DNA from: an uncultured Candidatus Saccharibacteria bacterium
GTDB taxonomy: Bacteria > Patescibacteriota > Minisyncoccia > Phycocordibacterales > UBA2100
Direction of reading: 5' to 3'
Assembly (NCBI GenBank): GCA_964399865.1
Contig: CAYNRJ010000002.1
Span: forward strand, 97,108 to 161,107
DNA length: 64,000 bases
In this document: piece by piece, positions 49,601 to 56,802 of the stretch
Position numbering within the stretch: the stretch's first letter is position 1
Layout: every line of letters begins with the position of its first letter
The notes under the pieces: model-generated
Seen by the model: the letters and a program-made list of their open reading frames with translations, nothing else
The model's database searches: none
Told to the model about the DNA's origin: nothing
Made by a program: the position numbers and the translations under genes

Positions 49601-49884
49601 CAAAAGAAATGAAAAATGAGGAATTGCAGGCCCTGCACGACAATGTTGCTCAGCTACTCACGGAGGGTAGGCAGGCGGATGCCAAGGAATATCTTGAGCA
49701 TCACGTATCGCTCCTTCCAGAAGAGTTGAAAAATGAGATTCTCGGCCTCATGTTTCTAGAGGCAGTAGCCGAAGAGGCGGAGGAACAGCAATCGATAGAG
49801 TCAATGCAAAAAGAAGGGTTGGATGCCATGCAGGCTCTAAAGGCGATACAGAAAGAGCTAGAAAAAAGTGCGCGCGCGTCTTGA
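49597..49884 (+). CDS. Small acidic helical hypothetical protein
   Basis: 95 aa, ATGA overlap with the upstream gene. Confidence 0.7.
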   Translation: MTKEMKNEELQALHDNVAQLLTEGRQADAKEYLEHHVSLLPEELKNEILGLMFLEAVAEEAEEQQSIESMQKEGLDAMQALKAIQKELEKSARAS

Positions 49885-49987
49885 TTGACAATTTGGGGTT
49901 TTTGTATAGTAATTATCGCGGTTCTCACGCGCTGTTTGCGTGAGTGTGCAATAGCAAGCCCTGCGGGGCTAAAGTGGAGACACGGCA

Positions 49988-50662
49988 ATGAAGAACATCA
50001 GCGTAGGGGCGTTCATCCTGAGCGCTCTCATTCATCTGGCGGTCACGCTGTTCGTGATCGTCGCACTCTACGGGACTTTCGAGCTGGACTTCCGAATCTA
50101 TCTCTTCGGTATCAATATTCCTTCGCTCGTCTATCTGGTCCCGCTCGTCTTCCTGTCCTACTTCGCGCAGAGGAAGCTTTCTGAAGCGCGCGGTTTTGGG
50201 CGAGTGCTCGATCTTCTGATCTCGGTCCCGATGCTCATCGCGATTGTGGGGGTCATCCTCCTGTGGCTCGGCATTCCGTCCGTCGAGTCGGTCGCGAACG
50301 AGATCGGTTCGTGGGCGAACCACGTGGTTTCGACCGAACCGACCTCCTACAAGGTCGTCGTGGTCCTTCTCTTCGGCTTGGTGTCGCTGCTCGACGTGCT
50401 CGGGCGTGATATCGGGGGAGTTCGTCTCTCGCGTTCCCGCGTGTTCGGGAAGCGGCTGGACGATTCGATTCGGACCCGCATCGTGCCCCAGTTCGAGATC
50501 GCCGATCAGGGGGAGATCATCGTCGGCGGCGAGGTCATTCACGTGACACTGACCGACGAGCACAAGCGGAGGATTGCCCAGAGGATTGCCGGCACGCCCG
50601 GCCTTCCGAAGCCACCTCCGGTTTCGGCGCCGGCTCATGGTCCGACCACTAGCCCTCCGTAG
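49988..50662 (+). CDS. Hypothetical 4-TM membrane protein with Pro-rich tail (GC3-rich orphan)
   Basis: Four hydrophobic segments; GGAG SD; TTGACA at 49885; terminator at 50697. Confidence 0.75.
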   Translation: MKNISVGAFILSALIHLAVTLFVIVALYGTFELDFRIYLFGINIPSLVYLVPLVFLSYFAQRKLSEARGFGRVLDLLISVPMLIAIVGVILLWLGIPSVESVANEIGSWANHVVSTEPTSYKVVVVLLFGLVSLLDVLGRDIGGVRLSRSRVFGKRLDDSIRTRIVPQFEIADQGEIIVGGEVIHVTLTDEHKRRIAQRIAGTPGLPKPPPVSAPAHGPTTSPP

Positions 50663-50696
50663 GGAAGGCGCGCGTCATCGGGAGCGAACAATCCAT

Positions 50697-50720
50697 CGCG
50701 GCGAGGGAAACCTCGCCGCG
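50697..50720 (+). terminator. Terminator hairpin
   Basis: cgcggcgagg-gaaa-cctcgccgcg then tatcttttt. Confidence 0.8.
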
Positions 50721-50742
50721 TATCTTTTTAATAAGGTTTGTA

Positions 50743-50770
50743 TTGACAAACGTTGATTTTAATGTACTAT
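50743..50770 (+). promoter_or_regulatory. sigma70 promoter
   Basis: TTGACA 50743-50748, 16 nt, TACTAT 50765-50770. Confidence 0.7.
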
Positions 50771-50854
50771 GTTAGCACTGTCGCGCATGATGCGCGAAGA
50801 GTTGTTTGACTTGACCCATGCCCCCAGCGTTGGGGCATAACTGGAGGAGTGAAA

Positions 50855-51145
50855 ATGGCAGGAAATGGTAATAAGAAGGCACATGGTGCTCCGATTCCCA
50901 TGGAGTCGCGTACTGGCCAGACCTTTGGCCAGTCCAGCGACGTTGTCGAGGAGCGCATCCGCGTCGTGATCCGCGTCGGTCGCTTCTCGGCGGAGCTCGA
51001 GCCGGATCAGGTTCCTGACCGGCTGGCGGCGCGCATCATTAGCTACCTCAAGGCCGGCATGGCCGGTCCGGAGGAGCCCGCGCAGCTTCCGCCGCCGAAG
51101 ACCCCTGTTCCCAATACGGGCGGTGAACCGCGTGAGGACGAGTAG
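50855..51145 (+). CDS. Small hypothetical protein (GC3-rich orphan)
   Basis: GGAGG SD before ATG 50855; Pro-rich C-terminus. Confidence 0.6.
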   Translation: MAGNGNKKAHGAPIPMESRTGQTFGQSSDVVEERIRVVIRVGRFSAELEPDQVPDRLAARIISYLKAGMAGPEEPAQLPPPKTPVPNTGGEPREDE

Positions 51146-51148
51146 ATC

Positions 51149-51715
51149 ATGACAGCAGGTCATGGCGCATCCGTGCGTATTCCGCCGGGCGACGAACCCC
51201 TCATGAGGCTCGACGATCAGGTCGCAGAGGTGAGCTTTTCGAGGTTCATTGTCAGCGACATCGCGAACGTCGAGATTTCTCCGAAGGCCCGTGCGAAGCT
51301 CGCCACCAGTATGGCGGCTGCGCTGGATCCCGGCACAAGTGGGGCCATCGCCGACCGCGACCTTGCGGCAACAAGGTCGGGCGGAAAGCCCCTCGCATTT
51401 CGCGCTGAAGAGGAGATGAGAAGAATGAGCGGCGGTACTTCGCACACGGAATCCCACCACGAAGAGTCTCATGCCGCGAAGGGCGGGAGGACGAAGTGGA
51501 TCATCGTCTGGGGGATCATCATCCTCGCTGCGTTGGCCGCCCTGTACTTCTTCGCTCCCGGCGTGAAGTCAGGGGTCGATGGGTTCGTCGGCGGCCTCAC
51601 TTCGAACGTCGAGCGGGTCGGTAGTCCAAGTGTGGGGGACACCCCCGGCGTCACACCCTGCGACGCCCAGTGGTATCACTACCCGGACCACACTGCGACC
51701 TACTGGTGCAGGTGA
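51149..51715 (+). CDS. Hypothetical single-TM protein with C-terminal Cys pair (possible internal start at 51425)
   Basis: His-rich segment then TM (KWIIVWGIIILAALAALYFF); GAGGAG upstream of in-frame ATG 51425. Confidence 0.6.
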   Translation: MTAGHGASVRIPPGDEPLMRLDDQVAEVSFSRFIVSDIANVEISPKARAKLATSMAAALDPGTSGAIADRDLAATRSGGKPLAFRAEEEMRRMSGGTSHTESHHEESHAAKGGRTKWIIVWGIIILAALAALYFFAPGVKSGVDGFVGGLTSNVERVGSPSVGDTPGVTPCDAQWYHYPDHTATYWCR

Positions 51716-51736
51716 CAACCGGTGACAAATCTAGAT

Positions 51737-51763
51737 CGGCGGCGAGCTCTGTGCTTGCCGCCG
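51737..51763 (+). terminator. Terminator hairpin
   Basis: cggcggcgagc-tctgt-gcttgccgccg then tttcctttt. Confidence 0.8.
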
Positions 51764-51779
51764 TTTCCTTTTATATATA

Positions 51780-52001
51780 TTGACAAATCACACACAAGTG
51801 ATATAATTATTAGACATAAGTTCTCCTGTTCTTGTCAGTCTGGTTTTGGCGGTTTCCACCTTTGCGTCGCCAAAACCGGGCTGATAAAGCCCATTGATCT
51901 TTAAAAAAGTCAGTGGATTGTGGGCGGCAGAGTGTACGTGTGGAAACCACGTGCACTCTGCCGCTCGCACACCCGTGCCGGCATAACTTGGGAGCTTACC
52001 A
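51780..52001 (+). promoter_or_regulatory. Consensus promoter followed by a ~190-nt structured 5' leader
   Basis: TTGACA 51780-51785, 16 nt, TG-n-TATAAT 51802-51807; hairpins at 51840-51879, 51878-51892 and 51924-51964 (17-bp stem, GAAA loop); GGGAG SD. Confidence 0.7.
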
Positions 52002-52535
52002 ATGAAGAAGTCTGTTGTCTTTGCGGCTATCGCCGCGCTCTGCTTCTCCGCTTCGCTCGCGGCTGCCCAGCCGGCGCCCGTGGATACAACTCCGCCCGGC
52101 GCCGATCCTGCTGCAGTTGTCGTTACTACCACTCCGGGCTGTGTGACCCTCGAGGTCACGCATACTGGGATGGACACGACGCAGCGGACGGCAATCGAGC
52201 GCGAAATGCTGGTGAACGCCATGTTCGCCACGTCCGTGCGCGGTGTCGGCATCACCGCCGACGGCATCCAGGCGTGCAATGGCCTCGGTGTCGAGGTCGT
52301 CGACGGGCCGGACGTTCTCATCTACTCGATGATCCGGCAAGGCGTCGTGACCTTCAGGGTCCCGGCGACCGGCAACTACACCTACGTGTACGCCGGGATG
52401 TGCCTGGGTCCCAACGCCGGCATCTTCTTCGACAACCGCGACAATCTCGTGGTGCTCGAGGGAACCCGGATCTCGGTGGCTCTTTCCGTCAACCCGACGG
52501 TTCCGCCGCCGGCGCCCGGTCAGTGCGACCACTGA
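52002..52535 (+). CDS. Secreted hypothetical protein with Cys residues (GC3-rich orphan)
   Basis: MKKSVVFAAIAALCFSASLAAA signal peptide. Confidence 0.75.
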   Translation: MKKSVVFAAIAALCFSASLAAAQPAPVDTTPPGADPAAVVVTTTPGCVTLEVTHTGMDTTQRTAIEREMLVNAMFATSVRGVGITADGIQACNGLGVEVVDGPDVLIYSMIRQGVVTFRVPATGNYTYVYAGMCLGPNAGIFFDNRDNLVVLEGTRISVALSVNPTVPPPAPGQCDH

Positions 52536-52545
52536 CGTATTCTCT

Positions 52546-52577
52546 CGGAAGCGGCAGCAACTTGCTTGCCGCTTCCG
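52546..52577 (+). terminator. Terminator hairpin
   Basis: cggaagcggcagc...gcttgccgcttccg then ttcttttt. Confidence 0.75.
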
Positions 52578-52684
52578 GGGACCTTCTTTTTCGTGATTGT
52601 TTGTCTAAGTATTCTGTAGTATAGAGTTCGGAGACAAACCTTCATGAGAAGGTCTTGCCATCGATCCGGAAAGGAGACCGCGCG

Positions 52685-53188
52685 ATGCGTTTGTTCTTAA
52701 CATCCCTTTCGATCTTCGTGCTGGGGACGCTTACCGTTCCGCATGTCGCAAAGGCAGAAACCACTGTGCTCTTCAATCCCTGCGGCGCATTTTGCAATGC
52801 GGAGGAAAGGAGACCAGTTCCGTTTAGCGACGAACTGATCTGTTTCTACATCGAACAAGACGTTCAAGATGGGGTTCCGTTCTTCATTTACCGGAACGGC
52901 GACCTGATCAACAAGCATCCCGATGTGGAGCGGCATCCCGGGGAACCGAAGCCGCTGCATAACCAGATCAAGGCACCGTCGGATCGCTACTGCATCGGTG
53001 CCTGGTACATACGTCAGGCAACTGAGATTGTGGTCTGCAACAGCCACTGGAGCGTGACGTTGTCGCTCGTCGACATTCGTACCTATCTCGCGGCGGGAGA
53101 CAGGGCACCACAAACGCGGCACATTACCCTTTGCCTTATGGCAGCCGGCGAGTGCGTGGAACGGCTGTACGTGCACGGTGTCCAATGA
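52685..53188 (+). CDS. Secreted Cys-rich hypothetical protein
   Basis: AGGAG SD before ATG 52685; signal peptide ending AKA; CI-x13-CN motif shared with 56101..56625. Confidence 0.75.
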   Translation: MRLFLTSLSIFVLGTLTVPHVAKAETTVLFNPCGAFCNAEERRPVPFSDELICFYIEQDVQDGVPFFIYRNGDLINKHPDVERHPGEPKPLHNQIKAPSDRYCIGAWYIRQATEIVVCNSHWSVTLSLVDIRTYLAAGDRAPQTRHITLCLMAAGECVERLYVHGVQ

Positions 53189-53195
53189 GACGACA

Positions 53196-53265
53196 TTCCT
53201 CTGGGCGGGGGCGGGAATGCCCTTCGCCCGAGGAACTTGACTTCTGTCAAGTAATGAAGTATACT
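53196..53265 (+). promoter_or_regulatory. Terminator-like hairpin (53196-53235) immediately followed by a promoter with palindromic -35
   Basis: ACTTGAC-TTCT-GTCAAGT 53235-53252; TTGACT 53237-53242, 17 nt, TATACT 53260-53265. Confidence 0.7.
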
Positions 53266-53299
53266 GAGGAAGTTACGACATTCAGTAACCCAATTTAAT

Positions 53300-54454
53300 A
53301 TGATACATAAAAACATATATACTATTCCTGCGGTCGCGGTTATTTTCGCTATTATCGGCGCATGTTTTTCTCCAACTATTGCGAGCGCGCAAAATTTTGC
53401 AACGCAGAACCCGTGTTGCCCAACCGTGAACTATGCGTACAACAAACCAACATCGACTTACACTTATAATAAGCCGACTTCTACGTATACAAACAATCAG
53501 CCGACAGCGACCTATGCGTACAACAAACCAACTGCTACGTATACAACTAACAAGCCTGCAACTTCGTACGCATACAATAAACCAGTCACTTCTTACGCGA
53601 ACAACACACCAGTTACGTCTTATTCGTACAATAAACCTGCTGCAGTTACATACACGACTAATAAGCCTGTAACCGCGTATACCTCCAACAAGCCTGTTAC
53701 TTCTTACGCTTCCAATAAGCCGGTTACGTCCTACGCAACGAATCAACCTGCGCCGGTTTACTACAAGACTCCGACTACCATTGTCACGAAGACCCCTACG
53801 TATGTATATAAACCTATCACGGTTACAAATCCGACATACGTAACTCCAAAGACTGTCGTTGTTACGACACCGAAGCATGTTACGTACACAACTCCTTCCT
53901 ACAACTACAATGTTGACGTTAACGTCGTACGACATGTCACTCAGCCGACGTACACTCAACCAGCTCCGACGTACATCGACAACAGCATCAACGATAGCTA
54001 CAACGACAACAGTGTGACTAACACGTACGTCTCTCACAGCTTCAATAGCGGTAATGCAGTAGTAGATTCTACGATCATCACTCCAATCGTTACGCCTCAT
54101 CAGCCGGTATATCAGCCAATTCAGCCAACGTACTACCCACCAGTTCAGTACAATTATCCATACGTTGCGCTCTCTCAGATCCCTTACACAGGATTTGATC
54201 TTGGCACCATGGGTAACATTCTCTACTGGGCAGGTCTCGTACTCTTCGCTCTCGCTCTTGGATACCTCGCTGTCTACTTCGGATCAGCGCTCATAAACGG
54301 TCGCCGTCCATCGATGTCTCAGATGATAACTTCACCTTTCTCTGGCATACTGTCAGCAAGGGGAAACCAGGCAGCTCGTTCTGCAGGGGATTCCATGTCG
54401 TTCGTTCGCTCTATGAACGGTGAAGCTCCTCGTATTATCATTAGTCGCGCTTAA
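53300..54454 (+). CDS. Secreted Tyr/Thr/Pro-rich repeat protein with IPYTG sorting signal, TM and conserved cytoplasmic tail (putative sortase substrate 1)
   Basis: Signal peptide; 9-aa repeats; LSQIPYTG (IPYTG 54179-54193), TM, tail ending GDSMSFVRSMNGEAPRIIISRA. Confidence 0.85.
   Translation: MIHKNIYTIPAVAVIFAIIGACFSPTIASAQNFATQNPCCPTVNYAYNKPTSTYTYNKPTSTYTNNQPTATYAYNKPTATYTTNKPATSYAYNKPVTSYANNTPVTSYSYNKPAAVTYTTNKPVTAYTSNKPVTSYASNKPVTSYATNQPAPVYYKTPTTIVTKTPTYVYKPITVTNPTYVTPKTVVVTTPKHVTYTTPSYNYNVDVNVVRHVTQPTYTQPAPTYIDNSINDSYNDNSVTNTYVSHSFNSGNAVVDSTIITPIVTPHQPVYQPIQPTYYPPVQYNYPYVALSQIPYTGFDLGTMGNILYWAGLVLFALALGYLAVYFGSALINGRRPSMSQMITSPFSGILSARGNQAARSAGDSMSFVRSMNGEAPRIIISRA
53432..53758 (+). 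repeat. About 12 tandem 27-bp (9-aa, YxxNKPxxx) degenerate repeats
   Basis: YAYNKPTST-YTYNKPTST-YTNNQPTAT-YAYNKPTAT-...-YATNQPAPV. Confidence 0.85.
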
Positions 54455-54464
54455 TCTCTCGTAT

Positions 54465-55916
54465 ATGATCAAAGCTCTCGCAACGACTTCTATTATCACG
54501 TTTATTCTCGCTGCATCCGTCAGCATCCTTTCCATCGCAACCGTTGCGAGTGCTCAGGCTGTAACGACATGTTCGATCTATTCGACAGCGAGCTCAGGTT
54601 CAGGTCAGCCGGTAACGATCTCGTGGAATTCTTCTAACGCTACCTACGCGTTCCTCAATCCAGGGGGAAGCGTTGCAACGAACGGCTCACAAGTTGTGTA
54701 CCCAACTGTCACCACGACTTACACACTTACCGTAAACGGTGCACAGGGTCAGTCTTCTAATTGTCAGGTAACAGTACAGGTCGGCTCAACTTCGGGCTTG
54801 CCTTACTGCTCGATCAGCGCAGGAACGACAAACCTCAATCCGGGTAGCGCAGTAACTCTTACCTGGAACTCTTCCAACGCAAATTCAGCTTCCCTTACGA
54901 ACGTTGGTTCAGTTTCAACTTCTGGATCACAAACAGTGTATCCATGGAATACAACGACTTACATATTGACGGTTAACAATTCTCTAGGTCAGTCCTCGAA
55001 TTGTCAGACAACTGTGTACGTTGGTTCCTCTTCAACACAGGCACCGTCTTGCTGGATAACGATCTCTAACAACAATCAATACAATTACAATCAGCAGGCG
55101 ACTCTCTCGTGGGGCTCAACGAATGCAACATCTGCTTCTATCAACCCAAGCGTTGGATCAGTTTCAACCTCTGGTTCTCAGACCATCTACACATCTGGTA
55201 ATCAGATCTACACGATGACGGTCTACAACGCTCAGGGTCAAAGTGCGACATGCCAGACCTCGAGCTACTACCAGCCGGGCATACTTTCCTGCACCATCAC
55301 CGCAAACCCAGTAAACATTCAGAACGGCAGCTCTTCCTACCTTTCTTGGACATCAACAGGAGCGTCATCCGCGTACCTCAATGATGGTCTCGGAAACGTT
55401 GCTCCAAACGGCTCTCTTACTGTTCGTCCAGAGAATTCACGTAACTACATTCTCACAGTGATTGGCTCAAACGGTGCGCAGCAGACATGCACAACGTTCC
55501 TCTCGGTCTCAGGTTCATACCTTCCTCTCAATCAGATCCCTTACACAGGATTTGATTTGGGTCCGATAGGGAACACGATGTACTGGTTTGCGCTCGCACT
55601 CTTTGCGGTCGCTGCTGGATATCTCATTGTGTACTTCATGCCACTTAGTCGCATGCGCTCAACTCGTTCTAGCGTTCACGCTGAGCACGTACACGAGGCG
55701 ACGATCATTTCAGAAAGAGTTACAGTTCCTGCAATCTTTTCTAACAAGGAACCAAAATTCTCTACTGAAGTTCGTGCATATGTTGAGGCGCCAGAAAATC
55801 TTCCAGTACTTCACTCCGAAAGACACGAACAAAAGCACACTGAATTGAAGGATTCTATGTCCTTTGCAGAGAGCAAAGAGGGAGGTGCTCCAAGCATCTT
55901 TATCGGTAGAGCCTAA
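54465..55916 (+). CDS. Secreted protein with four Cys-paired Ig/PKD-like repeats, IPYTG signal, TM and conserved tail (putative sortase substrate 2)
   Basis: Signal peptide from ATG 54465; C..I.....LxWxSxNA...YxLTV....C repeats; LNQIPYTG (55536-55550); tail KDSMSFAESKEGGAPSIFIGRA. Confidence 0.85.
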   Translation: MIKALATTSIITFILAASVSILSIATVASAQAVTTCSIYSTASSGSGQPVTISWNSSNATYAFLNPGGSVATNGSQVVYPTVTTTYTLTVNGAQGQSSNCQVTVQVGSTSGLPYCSISAGTTNLNPGSAVTLTWNSSNANSASLTNVGSVSTSGSQTVYPWNTTTYILTVNNSLGQSSNCQTTVYVGSSSTQAPSCWITISNNNQYNYNQQATLSWGSTNATSASINPSVGSVSTSGSQTIYTSGNQIYTMTVYNAQGQSATCQTSSYYQPGILSCTITANPVNIQNGSSSYLSWTSTGASSAYLNDGLGNVAPNGSLTVRPENSRNYILTVIGSNGAQQTCTTFLSVSGSYLPLNQIPYTGFDLGPIGNTMYWFALALFAVAAGYLIVYFMPLSRMRSTRSSVHAEHVHEATIISERVTVPAIFSNKEPKFSTEVRAYVEAPENLPVLHSERHEQKHTELKDSMSFAESKEGGAPSIFIGRA

Positions 55917-55930
55917 TTTCAAGGAAACCC

Positions 55931-55958
55931 AAAAGACCGCTCAGTAGAGCGGTTTTTT
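55931..55958 (+). terminator. Intrinsic terminator
   Basis: aaaagaccgctc-agta-gagcggtttttt. Confidence 0.85.
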
Positions 55959-55974
55959 GTTGATTTAGCTGCTA

Positions 55975-56003
55975 TTGACAAGGGGGTATAAAGCTGGTAA
56001 TAT
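55975..56003 (+). promoter_or_regulatory. sigma70 promoter
   Basis: TTGACA 55975-55980, 17 nt, TG-n-TAATAT 55998-56003. Confidence 0.7.
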
Positions 56004-56100
56004 CTGCCATTGGAGTGCGCCTTGAAAAGCGTACACACGACTTTCCGGGACTCATCCGAGATTCCGGCACTGATCTCTAACTTGAAGAAGGAATGCTGAA

Positions 56101-56625
56101 ATGAACATTCGTCTTATTGCAGTCGTCGTAGCCTTGTTGCTCGGTGTAGGGCTTTCATCGCCCGCCAACGCGCAGGCTGGTTGTGCACTGACTGACAATG
56201 CGTGCCAGGCAGCGCAAGCTGCTGCGGCGCGACCGGATTACAACGGGCCGCTGGCTCCCACTACTGAGCCGATGGTCTGCCTCTTCGTCGTCGCGTATGC
56301 GCCAACTGAGCTCGTCCTCTACGACGGGCCCTATCGGCGAAATCCCGGCGATGAACGCGTAATCCTGACCTGGCGTGTGCAGGCTGGTCACTGGAGTCCC
56401 TGGGCCAGGGATCCGTCTCTCTGGGCGCGGACAATTTGCATCCAGGAGCGGCTTCTGGCCGGGCGGAACACGGTTACGCTCTGCAATGGGCTGGTCGTGA
56501 ACCAAGGCTACCACTCGGAGTGGACCCGCGATCAGATCGCGTATCTCCTCCAGGTCCGAAGCCTCCCAGCCAGCGATCCTGCCAGTCTCCTCGGGACCGC
56601 ACGCAGCGCTGTCTACGGCCTCTAG
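56101..56625 (+). CDS. Secreted Cys-containing hypothetical protein (GC3-rich orphan)
   Basis: Signal peptide ending ANA; CI-x13-CN motif; own promoter and downstream hairpin 56634-56671. Confidence 0.75.
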   Translation: MNIRLIAVVVALLLGVGLSSPANAQAGCALTDNACQAAQAAAARPDYNGPLAPTTEPMVCLFVVAYAPTELVLYDGPYRRNPGDERVILTWRVQAGHWSPWARDPSLWARTICIQERLLAGRNTVTLCNGLVVNQGYHSEWTRDQIAYLLQVRSLPASDPASLLGTARSAVYGL

Positions 56626-56802
56626 GGGCCTTCGCGAAGGCGGACAAGACCTCTTCGGTCCCCGCCTTCGCAACAACCTTCTATGAATCTTCAGTTAAGT
56701 TAAGGAATAATTTGGATGTCAACGGCGAAGAAGGATTCGCTTTTGACATCCGGAGAGATCCGGTATAAGTATGCATTATAAATTAGTAGATAAACCTCAT
56801 TT

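Noticed and set aside
49925-53185. Long opposite-strand or alternate-frame ORFs (49925-, 50759-, 51788-, 51920+, 51996-, 52697-)
   Set aside because: Expected by-products of GC3-rich genes; promoter, SD, signal peptides and terminators support the chosen + strand frames.
45373-56671. Classical integron cassette array
   Set aside because: No recognisable RYYYAAC...GTTRRRY attC boundaries or integrase, and the modules carry their own promoters and terminators.
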